Made by a program: the position numbers and the translations under genes. From contig JACQCH010000007.1 in assembly GCA_016201735.1 (NCBI GenBank), positions 17,900 to 81,899 of the forward strand: a stretch of DNA of 64,000 nucleotides. Reading direction: 5' to 3'. Each line of letters opens with the position of its first letter. The stretch's first letter is position 1. This DNA comes from Candidatus Omnitrophota bacterium (GTDB lineage Bacteria > Omnitrophota > Gorgyraeia > 1-14-0-20-64-10). Below, piece by piece: positions 7,663 to 16,856 of the stretch. The notes under the pieces are model-generated. The model searched no databases and was not told the origin of the DNA. It worked only from the letters and a program-made list of their open reading frames with translations.

Positions 7663-8538
7663 ATGCTCACCAGTATGACCGGCTTCGGCCGGGCGGAAGT
7701 CTCCCTGCCGCCGTCGGGCCGAGCGATCGTAGAGATCCACACCCTGAATCATAAGTTTCTGGAGCTGGAATGCCGCCTTCCGGAAGGCTTTCAAGGATTT
7801 GAGGAACAGATCCGGTCTCTGGTGAGCCGGGAGATCCGTCGGGGCCGGGTGAGGGTGACGGTGACCCTCAAGGCGAAGGGGGTTCGGTCCCCGGTCGTTT
7901 TCCAAACGGCCCTGGCCCGTCGGTATTTGAGGCAGCTGCGGGGTTTTCAAAGAGAGCTTAAGATTCCCGGATCGGCAGACTTGAATCTTGTTTTGACCCT
8001 TCCGCAAGTCGTCGCGGCCGCCGAGCCGGAGCTTCTGCCGGCCCGCTGGGGGTCGCTGCTCAAGACCGGCGTCTCACAGGCGCTGAGTCGGACCGTTCGG
8101 ATGCGCAGACAAGAGGGAGAGCGGTTAAAGAAAGCGCTCCTACAGTTGTTTCACCAGCTGGAGAATCTGCGGCGAAGGATTCAGGGGCGGGTCCCGTTGA
8201 TGCAGAAACAGATGGAGAAGAAGATAGCCGGTCGGATCCAGGCGGTGGTTCCGTCGGCGGATCCGAGGGCCGTCGTTGCCGAAGCGGCTTCCCTGGTCCA
8301 GGGGACCGATGTCTCTGAAGAGATGGAACGGATCCGGTCCCATTTGACGGCCCTGCATCAGGTGATGGCCCAGGGAGCCGAGAGCCCCGGGCGGACGATT
8401 GATTTCCTCGCCCAAGAGCTCCATCGGGAAGTGAATACCGTGGGGTCCAAGATCCGGGATACGGCGATTGTTCGACAGGTGATCGCCATGAAGGGCCACA
8501 TCGAGAAGTTGCGGGAGCAGGCGGCCAACGTCGAATAA
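7663..8538 (+). CDS. yicC: YicC-family stress-induced protein (UPF0701)
   Basis: MLTSMTGFGRAEV... typical YicC N-terminus; conserved yicC-gmk-rpoZ neighbourhood. Confidence 0.8.
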   Translation: MLTSMTGFGRAEVSLPPSGRAIVEIHTLNHKFLELECRLPEGFQGFEEQIRSLVSREIRRGRVRVTVTLKAKGVRSPVVFQTALARRYLRQLRGFQRELKIPGSADLNLVLTLPQVVAAAEPELLPARWGSLLKTGVSQALSRTVRMRRQEGERLKKALLQLFHQLENLRRRIQGRVPLMQKQMEKKIAGRIQAVVPSADPRAVVAEAASLVQGTDVSEEMERIRSHLTALHQVMAQGAESPGRTIDFLAQELHREVNTVGSKIRDTAIVRQVIAMKGHIEKLREQAANVE

Positions 8539-8566
8539 GACAAAGAAGGGGGGCCGGCTGTTTATC

Positions 8567-9130
8567 TTGTCGGCTCCTTCGGGAAGCGGCAAGACGACGA
8601 TTCTCGAGGCGATTCGAAAGAGCGACCCGAGAGTGGTCCGATCGATCTCCGTGACCACCCGGCCTCCTCGGGCCGGAGAACGGCATGGGCGGGATTACTG
8701 GTTCGTGAGCAAGACGCAATTCGCCCGGCGCAAAAAAGAGAGAATGTTTTTGGAGTGCGCCCGGATCCTGACTCATTGGTACGGGACGTTGCTGGCCCCC
8801 GTCGAGAGGGCGCTGCGATCCGGACGGGATGTTCTTTTGGATCTGGATATCCAAGGGGCCCGGCAGATTCGGCGGTCCGGTTTGCCGGCGACGACGATCT
8901 TTCTTCTTCCGCCGTCCTTTGCCGTCCTGCGGGAGCGCTTGAAGCGCCGCGGGACGGAGTCGTCCGCGCAGATCCAGGCCCGGCTCCGGCTGGCGCGGCG
9001 CGAGCTGGCCGAGCTGCAGCATTACGATTACGCCGTGGTGAACGACCGGTTGGAAGAGGCCGTCGTTGCCGTCAAGACCATCGTGAGGGCAGAACGATTT
9101 CGAGTGAACCGAGTTGCTAAACCGTGCTAA
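8567..9130 (+). CDS. gmk: Guanylate kinase
   Basis: SAPSGSGKTT P-loop; GMP-binding residues. TTG start at 8567 assumed; an upstream start overlapping the yicC end cannot be excluded. Confidence 0.85.
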   Translation: MSAPSGSGKTTILEAIRKSDPRVVRSISVTTRPPRAGERHGRDYWFVSKTQFARRKKERMFLECARILTHWYGTLLAPVERALRSGRDVLLDLDIQGARQIRRSGLPATTIFLLPPSFAVLRERLKRRGTESSAQIQARLRLARRELAELQHYDYAVVNDRLEEAVVAVKTIVRAERFRVNRVAKPC

Positions 9131-9139
9131 GCTCAAGGA

Positions 9140-9355
9140 GTGTCCGTGCCTTATAGACAAGCTCCACCCAGTCTTTTAGACAAAGAAGGTTCCAGGTACA
9201 AGATCGTGATTCTCGCGGCCAGGCGAGCTTTGGAGCTTAGCGAAGGGGCTCCCAAGTTGGTGGACGCCAATCCGAAGGCAAAGCCGTCTATCGTCGCCCT
9301 CAAGGAAATTTCCGAGGGAAAAGTCACTTACCGGGTCAAGAAGCAGGCGAAGTGA
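9140..9355 (+). CDS. rpoZ: DNA-directed RNA polymerase omega subunit
   Basis: 71 aa, KIVILAARRALEL motif; follows gmk. Confidence 0.8.
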   Translation: MSVPYRQAPPSLLDKEGSRYKIVILAARRALELSEGAPKLVDANPKAKPSIVALKEISEGKVTYRVKKQAK

Positions 9356-9942
9356 GCCCATTGGTGAAGGAGATGGTGGTTGGGGTCACCGGGTCGATCG
9401 CCTGCTACAAGGCCTGCGATGTGGTGAGCACCCTGCGAAAGACGGAAGGGCTCAGCATTCATGTGGTCATGACGAAGGAGGCGACCCGTTTCGTCAGCCC
9501 CTTGACGTTCCAAACTCTCTCGGGGAACCGGGTTTATTCCGACGTCTTTGAGCTTCCCGAGGAGTGGGATCTGCTCCACACCTCCCTGTCGGCCCGGGCG
9601 GAGCTGATCCTGGTCTGTCCAGCGACCCAGAACCTGATCGCCAAGCTTTCTCATGGGATCTGCGATGATCTGTTGACCAGCGTCTTGTTTTCTTCCAAGG
9701 CGCCGGTTCTTCTGGCTCCGGCGATGAACAAGGCGATGTACGAGCATAAGATCACCCAGGAGAATATCGGACGCCTGAAAGGGCTTGGTTACGAATTCAT
9801 CGGCCCCATTCACGGTGAGCTGGCCTGCCGGCAGGTGGGGATGGGCCACATCGCGGAGGTAGAGGAGATCGTCAGCGCGGTGCGGCTGCGGCTGGCGAAG
9901 ATCAGCGGCCGGAAGCAAAAGGAGAAGGCGGGACGCCGATGA
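9352..9942 (+). CDS. coaC: Phosphopantothenoylcysteine decarboxylase (CoaC flavoprotein domain as a separate gene)
   Basis: VGVTGSIACYKACDV flavoprotein motif; 196 aa; overlaps coaB by ATGA. Confidence 0.8.
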   Translation: MSPLVKEMVVGVTGSIACYKACDVVSTLRKTEGLSIHVVMTKEATRFVSPLTFQTLSGNRVYSDVFELPEEWDLLHTSLSARAELILVCPATQNLIAKLSHGICDDLLTSVLFSSKAPVLLAPAMNKAMYEHKITQENIGRLKGLGYEFIGPIHGELACRQVGMGHIAEVEEIVSAVRLRLAKISGRKQKEKAGRR

Positions 9943-10637
9943 AGCCGCGGCGCCGAAGGTCTTACCGCCTGCTCATCACGGCCGGGCCCACCCGGGAGCC
10001 GATCGACCCGGTCCGGTTCATCTCGAACTATTCGACCGGGACGCTGGGATACGCCCTGGCGAGAATGGCCAGAGCGCGCGGACATCAGGTGACCTTGATC
10101 AGCGGCCCAACGGAGCTCGTGGCTCCCCGGGGAGTAAGAAAGATCGACGTGGAAACGGCCGGTGAAATGGAGCAGGCCGTCGTGAAAACCTTCCCCAAGG
10201 CGGATGGATTGATCATGGGAGCTGCCGTGGCCGATTTCAGGCCGATTCGGGTGGCCACCCAAAAGATCAAGCGCTCCGGGGTGGCCGGTTCCCTGCGCCT
10301 TTGGCAGCTGGAGCTGGTGGAGAACCCGGACATCGTCGCCCGGGTCGCCCGGCAGCGCAGGGGAAGCCAGGCGATCATCGGATTCGCCTTGGAGACGGAG
10401 AGCCTCTTGGCCAACGCCCGCCGGAAATTGAAATCCAAGGATCTCGATGCCATTGTGGCCACCCAGCTGTCTCCCCGGGGGAAAGGGCGCGGTCCCTTCG
10501 GGACCGATCCCGTGGACGGAGCGATCCTGGACCGGGAAGGCCGCACCAAGTCCTTCCGGTCCCTTGCAAAATCCCGCTTAGCCGCCCGGATTCTTGACAC
10601 CGTCGAGGAAACCCTCGCTTCTCGCGCCAAAGAATGA
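9939..10637 (+). CDS. coaB: Phosphopantothenate-cysteine ligase (CoaB domain as a separate gene)
   Basis: ITAGPTREPIDPVRFISNYSTG and ADFRP...KIKR motifs. Confidence 0.8.
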   Translation: MKPRRRRSYRLLITAGPTREPIDPVRFISNYSTGTLGYALARMARARGHQVTLISGPTELVAPRGVRKIDVETAGEMEQAVVKTFPKADGLIMGAAVADFRPIRVATQKIKRSGVAGSLRLWQLELVENPDIVARVARQRRGSQAIIGFALETESLLANARRKLKSKDLDAIVATQLSPRGKGRGPFGTDPVDGAILDREGRTKSFRSLAKSRLAARILDTVEETLASRAKE

Positions 10638-10763
10638 GGATCTCTTTCCCGCCGGTTTTTTCCCAGGAGCTATTGGATTCAATTAAATCTTTGATATATG
10701 GAAATGAACCGTAATCTCCCACCTTCCTCATATTGGAATCCATCTTGGATCGTTGGATTTTTT

Positions 10764-10835
10764 GGCGCGGTAGCCAAGTGGTAAGGCAACGGTCTGCAAA
10801 ACCGTTATTCGTCGGTTCGATTCCGACCCGCGCCT
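10764..10835 (+). tRNA. tRNA-Cys (GCA)
   Basis: Cloverleaf folded by hand: acceptor GGCGCGG/CCGCGCC, anticodon loop CTGCAAA, T-arm GTCGG-TTCGATT-CCGAC; no encoded CCA. Confidence 0.8.
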
Positions 10836-10853
10836 TGTTTGATTTGATCCGGG

Positions 10854-10936
<83 letters not shown>

Positions 10937-10952
10937 CGAATTGAAAAATTTT

Positions 10953-11030
10953 GGGCGGTTGGCGCAGTCCGGTTAGCGCGTTTCCTTGACATGGAAAAGG
11001 CCACTGGTTCGAATCCAGTACCGCCCACCA
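10953..11030 (+). tRNA. tRNA-Val (GAC), CCA encoded
   Basis: Acceptor GGGCGGT/ACCGCCC, anticodon loop TTGACAT, T-arm ACTGG-TTCGAAT-CCAGT, 3' ACCA. Confidence 0.8.
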
Positions 11031-11093
11031 TTATTACGCACGGATGTTAGACATAATGTCTTACATATGTTATACTTGTTGTGGAGGTGAAAA

Positions 11094-11324
11094 ATGAGAC
11101 CGGTAAATATCCGCGAATTGACGCATCACTTCTCAAGCTATCTTAAGGTGGTGAAGCGGGGAGAACGGATTGTGGTCATGGAAAGGAGTTCGCCAGTGGC
11201 AGACCTGGTTCCTCATAACGAGAACTTGACCTCACCCGGCTGGAAGCGGCCGATTCAAAAGATCCAGGTAAAAGGAGAAACCTTTTCTGAAACAACAATC
11301 CGCTCACGATCCGAACAGCGATGA
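11094..11324 (+). CDS. Type II antitoxin (Phd/YefM-like), partner of the downstream PIN toxin
   Basis: 76 aa; 4-nt overlap with the PIN gene; low-GC context. Confidence 0.5.
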   Translation: MRPVNIRELTHHFSSYLKVVKRGERIVVMERSSPVADLVPHNENLTSPGWKRPIQKIQVKGETFSETTIRSRSEQR

Positions 11325-11734
11325 GGGCGTTTATAGACACCTCTTCGCTCTTCAAAAAATATGTTGAAGAAGATGGTTCAAAGGAATTGGATTCTCTGCT
11401 CCAAGAAGTTTCAGAAATAGCGGTTTCCCCTATAACGTGGGTTGAGATGAGCGCAGTAGTTGCCAGACGTCTGCGCGGAAAATCCTTAACCTCACAGCAG
11501 GCGGCATGGCTTAAATCCGAGATGTATAAAGATTTTCAGAGTTTTCACCGAGTCGTTTGGAATGAATCCTTAGAAAAGGTGGCAACAGATTTTGTTTATC
11601 AGTATTCACTCGCGACTCTAGACGCTATTCAGCTGGCTTCAGGAGTTCTCTCGAAGGCTGAGACATTTGTAACGTCCGACAGGAGGTTGTTTGGGGAAGC
11701 GCAAAAGAAGGTTCGCAAGGCCGTGTGCATATGA
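11321..11734 (+). CDS. vapC: PIN-domain toxin VapC
   Basis: N-terminal FIDTS acidic residue, later TSD motif; 137 aa. Confidence 0.7.
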   Translation: MRAFIDTSSLFKKYVEEDGSKELDSLLQEVSEIAVSPITWVEMSAVVARRLRGKSLTSQQAAWLKSEMYKDFQSFHRVVWNESLEKVATDFVYQYSLATLDAIQLASGVLSKAETFVTSDRRLFGEAQKKVRKAVCI

Positions 11735-11758
11735 GGAAGAAGGCCCTTCCTCCCAATT

Positions 11759-12550
11759 GTGGGTACACGACGGCACCGTTATTGCGCGCGGATGTTAGGG
11801 TTTATGCGAAATCTAGATGAGATTCCGAGTTCCGGACCCGGCACTTTTGGAAATGGTACCGGATATTACCCACGTTTTTATCCTAAAGCGATGACAGCAA
11901 AGTCAGTAGATAACATATTAGCTAGCATTGAACTTCCTCTAAGTCCGGCAGAGCTATATCGGGAATTAGATATGGCTCTTAAGGATCGAGATCCCTACGA
12001 TTTTGTCGCTGACAGAGGAGCTAAAAAAGCGCGAGAATGCTGGGTCGCTAGCCAATTTCTCGAGACCCACTCCCAACGGACATGCCGACGCTATCAAATA
12101 ACGAATATCGTAACGGAGGCACCGGACGTCGAATATCGAGATACAGCAAATCTTACCGAAATACTATCTATCGAAGTGGCAGAGTTGCTGAGTCCTGACC
12201 GTAGGCGATCGGAAGAATATTTGAGAGAGAAAGAAGAACGGGAAACGTGTGCTAGGGAGAACCGCGAATACAGCTCCAATCCAAAGGACCTTTCTCAGGA
12301 GTTTCTTGAGAAAGAAAAAGCCCAATTTCCGATTGTTGCTGCTCAGGTTCTGGAAGAAAAACTGGTAAATAGCTACGGACCCAACTGCACGCTTATTCTT
12401 TACGTAGGTCTTCGGCTGTTCGGCCGGGAGCCGATTCTCAGCTTTATAAAAACGTATCGGTTTACATCTGTAAATAGGTTTAGAGAGATTTGGTTTCTTT
12501 ATAATAGAGGAGACATAATCCCATTACAAGAGTCGGCGAGCCAGAAATGA
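11759..12550 (+). CDS. Hypothetical protein in the low-GC islet (start uncertain)
   Basis: 263-aa ORF with AT-rich codon usage. Its stop TGA overlaps the ATG of the thrS-5' duplicate. Confidence 0.35.
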   Translation: MGTRRHRYCARMLGFMRNLDEIPSSGPGTFGNGTGYYPRFYPKAMTAKSVDNILASIELPLSPAELYRELDMALKDRDPYDFVADRGAKKARECWVASQFLETHSQRTCRRYQITNIVTEAPDVEYRDTANLTEILSIEVAELLSPDRRRSEEYLREKEERETCARENREYSSNPKDLSQEFLEKEKAQFPIVAAQVLEEKLVNSYGPNCTLILYVGLRLFGREPILSFIKTYRFTSVNRFREIWFLYNRGDIIPLQESASQK

Positions 12551-12617
12551 GTAACGAGTTGCATCGACTACGGCACAGCGCGGCCCATATCCTGGCGCAG
12601 GCGGTCAAGCGGCGATG
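12547..12617 (+). pseudogene. Diverged duplicate of the thrS 5' end (MSNELHRLRHSAAHILAQAVKRR*)
   Basis: ~85% nucleotide identity over ~68 nt to the authentic thrS start at 12914 (MSDELHKLRHSAAHILAQAVKRLW); terminated after 23 codons. Confidence 0.55.
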
Positions 12618-12762
12618 AAAAGAATCTGGGTGCACAAGGCGAGATCCTTTGAGGACGTGGAACAGGCCGATGTTTCGTTCTGGCGACGAGCGGGAGCCGC
12701 AGCCCGCTTCGAGGCCGCGTGGGTGATGCTTGGCGAGTTTCTCAAGATGAGAGGAAAGTCCC

Positions 12763-12919
12763 GTGATCAGCTCCGATTACGAAGATCTGTTCAACACATT
12801 AAACGCTCATAGGATCAAGTACCTTGTGGCGGGGGCCCATGCGGTCATGTTCTACTCGGAGCCCCGGTTTACCAAAGACAATCTGGATCTGGCCAAGCTG
12901 AGAAAGCGTCGGGATGAGT
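12763..12919 (+). pseudogene. Truncated N-terminal fragment of a nucleotidyltransferase-like gene (…IKYLVAGAHAVMFYSEPRFTKDNLDL…)
   Basis: 52-codon frame ending in a TGA that overlaps the thrS ATG; sequence resembles the N-terminus of Pol-beta-superfamily NTase toxins. No plausible full-length gene. Confidence 0.3.
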
Positions 12920-14632
12920 GACGAGTTGCATAAACTGCGGCACAGCGCGGCGCATATCCTGGCGCAGGCGGTGAAACGCCTCTGGCCCGGGACGAAGCTG
13001 GCCATCGGCCCGCCGATCGAGGAGGGTTTCTACTACGATATCGCCCCACCGCAGCCCTTGACCGACGAGGATCTGCCGAAGATCGAGCAAGAGATGGCTA
13101 AGATCATCAAGGGGGACATCCCTTTCCAGCAGTCCTGGATGTCGAAGGAAGAAGCATCCTCTTTTTTTGAAAAGCGGGGCGAACCGTTCAAGCAGGAGAT
13201 TATCCGGGACATTCCGGACCCGAAAGTCTCGATCTACACGAATGGGGATTTTGTGGATCTGTGCGAAGGGCCCCACATGAATTCCACCGGAGAGGTGAAG
13301 GCATTCAAGCTCACGTCGCTCGCCGGGGCCTACTGGCGGGGGAACGAGCGGAATCCCCAGCTGACCCGGGTGTACGGGACCGCCTTTTTCAAGCCGGAGG
13401 AGCTGGAGAATTTTCTTAAAGTCCGGGAAGAGGCCAAGCGCCGAGACCATCGGAAACTGGGCCAGAGCTTAAAGTTGTTTTCGATTCTTGAGGAGGCGGG
13501 AGCCGGTTTTGTCTTCTACCATCCCAAAGGGGCGGTGTTGAGGCAGATCATCGAGGAGTACTCGCGGCGGCAGCATGCTTCCCGCGGCTACCAGCCGGTG
13601 ATCACCCCCCACATCATCCGGAGCGACATCTGGGTCCGGTCCGGCCATTACGATTTCTACAAGCCGAACATGTACATCTTCCGGATCGAGGAGCAGGAGT
13701 GGGGGGTCAAGCCGATGAATTGCCCGGGCCACATCCTGATCTACAAATCGGCCCTGCGCAGCTACCGGGAGCTTCCCCTCCGGTTCTTCGAGCTGGGGAC
13801 GGTCTACCGGAACGAGAAGTCCGGCGTCCTGCACGGACTCCTGCGGGTCCGGGGATTCACGCAGGACGACGCCCACATCTTCTGCCGGTTGACCCAATTA
13901 GAGGCGGAGATCGAAGCGGTCCTGGAATTTATTCAGGCCGCCATGCGGGATTTCGGGTTTTCAGAGTACCGGGTGGAGATGAGCACCCGCCCGCCGGAAT
14001 TCTTAGGAGATGCGGGACAATGGACCCGCGCCGAGGAGATTCTGATTCGGGTTTTGAAGGCCCGGAACATTGTTTACACGGTAAGCCCCGGAGCGGGCGC
14101 TTTCTACGGGCCGAAGATCGACATCCATATCAAGGACACGCTGGGCCGGTACTGGCAATGCGCCACCGTCCAGCTGGATTTCGTCCTGCCGCAGCGGTTC
14201 GACTTGAGCTACGTGGAAGAGAACGGTCAGGAAGCGCCGCCGGTGATGATTCATCGGGCGATCTTCGGATCGCTGGAACGGTTCTTGGGGACGCTGATCG
14301 AGCAGTATGCCGGCGCCTTCCCTGTCTGGCTGGCTCCGGTGCAGGCGGTGGTGATTCCTCTGACGAAAGACCAGGAGCCGTACGCCGGGACCCTGCTGCG
14401 GGATCTGGCCGAGAAGAATCTGAGGGTGGAGTTGGACGATCGCCGGGAAACATTGCAGGCTCGGATCCGGGACGCGGAGATGAACAAGGTACCGTACATG
14501 CTGATCGTCGGAAAGCGGGAAGCGGAGTCAGGAAAGATTGCTGTCCGGGCCCGGGGCACCGGCGATATCGGCGCGATGTCAGTGACGGAATTCGTTGAGC
14601 GTGTAACACTGGAAGTCCAGCAAAAACGATGA
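12914..14632 (+). CDS. thrS: Threonine--tRNA ligase (lacks the N-terminal TGS domain)
   Basis: 572 aa starting at the N2/editing-domain motif LRHSAAHIL; class II motifs and anticodon-binding domain present. Confidence 0.9.
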   Translation: MSDELHKLRHSAAHILAQAVKRLWPGTKLAIGPPIEEGFYYDIAPPQPLTDEDLPKIEQEMAKIIKGDIPFQQSWMSKEEASSFFEKRGEPFKQEIIRDIPDPKVSIYTNGDFVDLCEGPHMNSTGEVKAFKLTSLAGAYWRGNERNPQLTRVYGTAFFKPEELENFLKVREEAKRRDHRKLGQSLKLFSILEEAGAGFVFYHPKGAVLRQIIEEYSRRQHASRGYQPVITPHIIRSDIWVRSGHYDFYKPNMYIFRIEEQEWGVKPMNCPGHILIYKSALRSYRELPLRFFELGTVYRNEKSGVLHGLLRVRGFTQDDAHIFCRLTQLEAEIEAVLEFIQAAMRDFGFSEYRVEMSTRPPEFLGDAGQWTRAEEILIRVLKARNIVYTVSPGAGAFYGPKIDIHIKDTLGRYWQCATVQLDFVLPQRFDLSYVEENGQEAPPVMIHRAIFGSLERFLGTLIEQYAGAFPVWLAPVQAVVIPLTKDQEPYAGTLLRDLAEKNLRVELDDRRETLQARIRDAEMNKVPYMLIVGKREAESGKIAVRARGTGDIGAMSVTEFVERVTLEVQQKR

Positions 14633-14665
14633 AACGGATCACGAGAGTGATCCGTTAAAAAGGAG

Positions 14666-15184
14666 GTGATGCGCATCCAAAAGGGAGAGTTGCGAGTTAA
14701 TGATCGGATTCGTGTGAGGGAAGTCCGTTTAGTGAGTGCCGATGGGGCGCAGGCAGGGGTTGTCCCCGTTGAAGAAGCGCTGAAGGCGGCGCGAGAAGCA
14801 AATCTGGATCTGGTGGAGGTGGCTCCTTTGGCGAGCCCGCCGGTCTGCCGGGTGATGGATTACGCGAAGTATCGGTATGAACAGGCAAGGCAGGAGCGGG
14901 AGAGCCGGCAGCATCAGCGGCACTCGCATCTGAAAGAGTTGAGGTTTCGTCCGCAGATCGATGAGCACGACTATCAGACGAAACTTCGGTCGCTGGTGAA
15001 GTTCCTTAAACGGGGAGACAAGGTGAAGGTGACCCTGGTTTTCCGGGGACGGGAGATGGCCCATCAGGAATTTGGGCATCGGCTCGTACAGCGTCTCCAG
15101 ACCGACATTGCCGATGTGGCGCAGGTGGAGCGGGCTCCCATGCAGGAAGGGAGATTTGTCTTCCTGACCGTCGCTCCAAAATGA
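14666..15184 (+). CDS. infC: Translation initiation factor IF-3
   Basis: 172 aa, IRVREVRLV... and C-terminal domain; conserved thrS-infC-rpmI-rplT order. Confidence 0.85.
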   Translation: MMRIQKGELRVNDRIRVREVRLVSADGAQAGVVPVEEALKAAREANLDLVEVAPLASPPVCRVMDYAKYRYEQARQERESRQHQRHSHLKELRFRPQIDEHDYQTKLRSLVKFLKRGDKVKVTLVFRGREMAHQEFGHRLVQRLQTDIADVAQVERAPMQEGRFVFLTVAPK

Positions 15185-15197
15185 AAGAGGGTTATCC

Positions 15198-15395
15198 ATG
15201 CCTAAGATAAAGACAAGGAAGTCGGTGGCAAAAAGGTTCCGGCTGACGGGAACCGGGAAGGTCAAAAGATCGCACGCGTTCCGGTCCCATCTTTTGGCGG
15301 GGCGGAGCCGGAACCGGAAACGCCGGCTCCGTCGGCCGGATCTGGTCAGCTCGGCGGGTGAGAAACGGATCAAGCAGCTGATTCCATATTCATAA
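15198..15395 (+). CDS. rpmI: 50S ribosomal protein L35
   Basis: MPKIKTRKSVAKRFRLTGTGKVKR. Confidence 0.85.
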   Translation: MPKIKTRKSVAKRFRLTGTGKVKRSHAFRSHLLAGRSRNRKRRLRRPDLVSSAGEKRIKQLIPYS

Positions 15396-15407
15396 GGAGA
15401 ATCACCG

Positions 15408-15779
15408 ATGGCTCGAGTAAAACACGCGGTGTCCAACCTCCGGCGGCACAAGCGGATGATCAAGAAGGCCAAGGGGGCTTGGGGGAAACGGTCCAAGATT
15501 TTCCGGCGGGCGAAAGAGACCGTTAACCGGGGGATGGTTTTTGCAACGCGGGACCGGAAGGCCCGGAAAGGGGATTTCCGGCGGCTTTGGATCACCCGGA
15601 TCCATGCCGCCTGCGGCGAGCAGGGGATCCGCTACAATCAGTTCATGGCCGGTCTGAAAGCGGCGGACGTCCGGTTGGATCGGAAAATCTTGGCTGATCT
15701 GGCGGTGACCGACCCGGCCGCTTTCCAGCAGATCGTGGAAGTGGCCAAGCAGCTGTCTGAAAAACCGGCCGCCGCTTAA
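15408..15779 (+). CDS. rplT: 50S ribosomal protein L20
   Basis: MARVKHAVSNLRRHKRMIKKAKG... Confidence 0.9.
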   Translation: MARVKHAVSNLRRHKRMIKKAKGAWGKRSKIFRRAKETVNRGMVFATRDRKARKGDFRRLWITRIHAACGEQGIRYNQFMAGLKAADVRLDRKILADLAVTDPAAFQQIVEVAKQLSEKPAAA

Positions 15780-15788
15780 AGAGGTCCG

Positions 15789-16853
15789 GTGGAGCCGCTC
15801 GAGATCGGCAGGATCGAACAGGAGCTGGAGAAGCTCCTGAGCGACACGGCGCAGGCCCTGTCCAAGGCGGATCAGCCCGTTGCCGTCGAGGAAATCCGGG
15901 TCAAGACGCTGGGCCGCCGGGGCGGGCTCAACCAGTTTTTTAATCTCCTAGGCCAAGGGGTCCTGACTGCCGAGGAGAAGGGCCGCTTGGGGCAGAAACT
16001 CAACGCCGTCAAGCAGAAACTCGAACAGGCAATTCAAGAGCGCCAAAAGAAACTCGACAAGACCGCCGGCGCCAGGGCCTCCGTTTCAGAAGACCCGACG
16101 CTGCCGGGAATTCTCCCGCAGGGTGGTCGGCTTCATCCCATCAGCCAGACGATTCTTGAAATCCTCACGATCTTCCAGGAGATCGGGTTTTCCGTCGTGG
16201 AGGGATTCGAAGGGGAAACGGAGTTCCACAATTTTGACGCCCTGAACATCCCGCCGGAACATCCGTCCCGGACCGAAAGTTTCGATACCTTCTACCTGGC
16301 CAAGGAACGGGACGCGGAGCCGAGCCGGCTGCTGCGCTCCCACACCAGCCCCATGCAGATCCGTTTCATGCAGGGCCGTCAGCCCCCTTTTCGGATCGTT
16401 GTGCCCGGCCGGGTCTTCCGCCCGGACGCGGTGGATGCCTCCCACTGTTTCCAATTCCATCAGATCGAAGGACTGGCGGTCGCCCCGGGGCTCACGTTTG
16501 GGGATCTGAAAGGGGTTTTAACCGTCTGGGCCCGCGGGATGTTCGGAAGCCAGACCCGACTCCGGTTCCGGCCCCATTACTTTCCGTTCACCGAGCCCAG
16601 CGCCGAGGTGGACCTGGCCTGCATTTTCTGCGCCGGGAAAGGATGCCGCGTCTGCGGGCAGAAAGGATGGCTGGAGATCTTAGGATGCGGCACCGTTCAT
16701 CCGGCGGTCTTTAAAGCGGTCGGATATCCCGTCGGGACGATCGGCTTTGCCTTCGGGATGGGAGTGGAACGGATCGCCATGCTGAAATTCGGGATCGAAG
16801 ACATCCGCCTCTTCTTTGAAAATGATCTGCGCTTCCTCCAACAGTTTCCCTGA
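15789..16853 (+). CDS. pheS: Phenylalanine--tRNA ligase alpha subunit
   Basis: 354 aa; class II motifs (FRPHYFPFTEPSAEVD). Confidence 0.9.
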   Translation: MEPLEIGRIEQELEKLLSDTAQALSKADQPVAVEEIRVKTLGRRGGLNQFFNLLGQGVLTAEEKGRLGQKLNAVKQKLEQAIQERQKKLDKTAGARASVSEDPTLPGILPQGGRLHPISQTILEILTIFQEIGFSVVEGFEGETEFHNFDALNIPPEHPSRTESFDTFYLAKERDAEPSRLLRSHTSPMQIRFMQGRQPPFRIVVPGRVFRPDAVDASHCFQFHQIEGLAVAPGLTFGDLKGVLTVWARGMFGSQTRLRFRPHYFPFTEPSAEVDLACIFCAGKGCRVCGQKGWLEILGCGTVHPAVFKAVGYPVGTIGFAFGMGVERIAMLKFGIEDIRLFFENDLRFLQQFP

Positions 16854-16856
16854 CCC

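Noticed and set aside
8060-9160. 366-aa minus-strand ORF antisense to yicC/gmk, and other long antisense ORFs (e.g. 28074..29909, 37477..38364, 39006..40115, 43341..44516, 35388..36044)
   Set aside because: All are low-complexity P/R/G-rich translations opposite genes with unambiguous family signatures; these are typical high-GC antisense open frames.
12615-12812. 65-aa ORF MKRIWVHKARSFEDVEQADVSFWRR…
   Set aside because: It lies in the degraded region between the thrS-5' duplicate and thrS, has no RBS or family signature, and is likely a gene remnant; it is not called as a gene.
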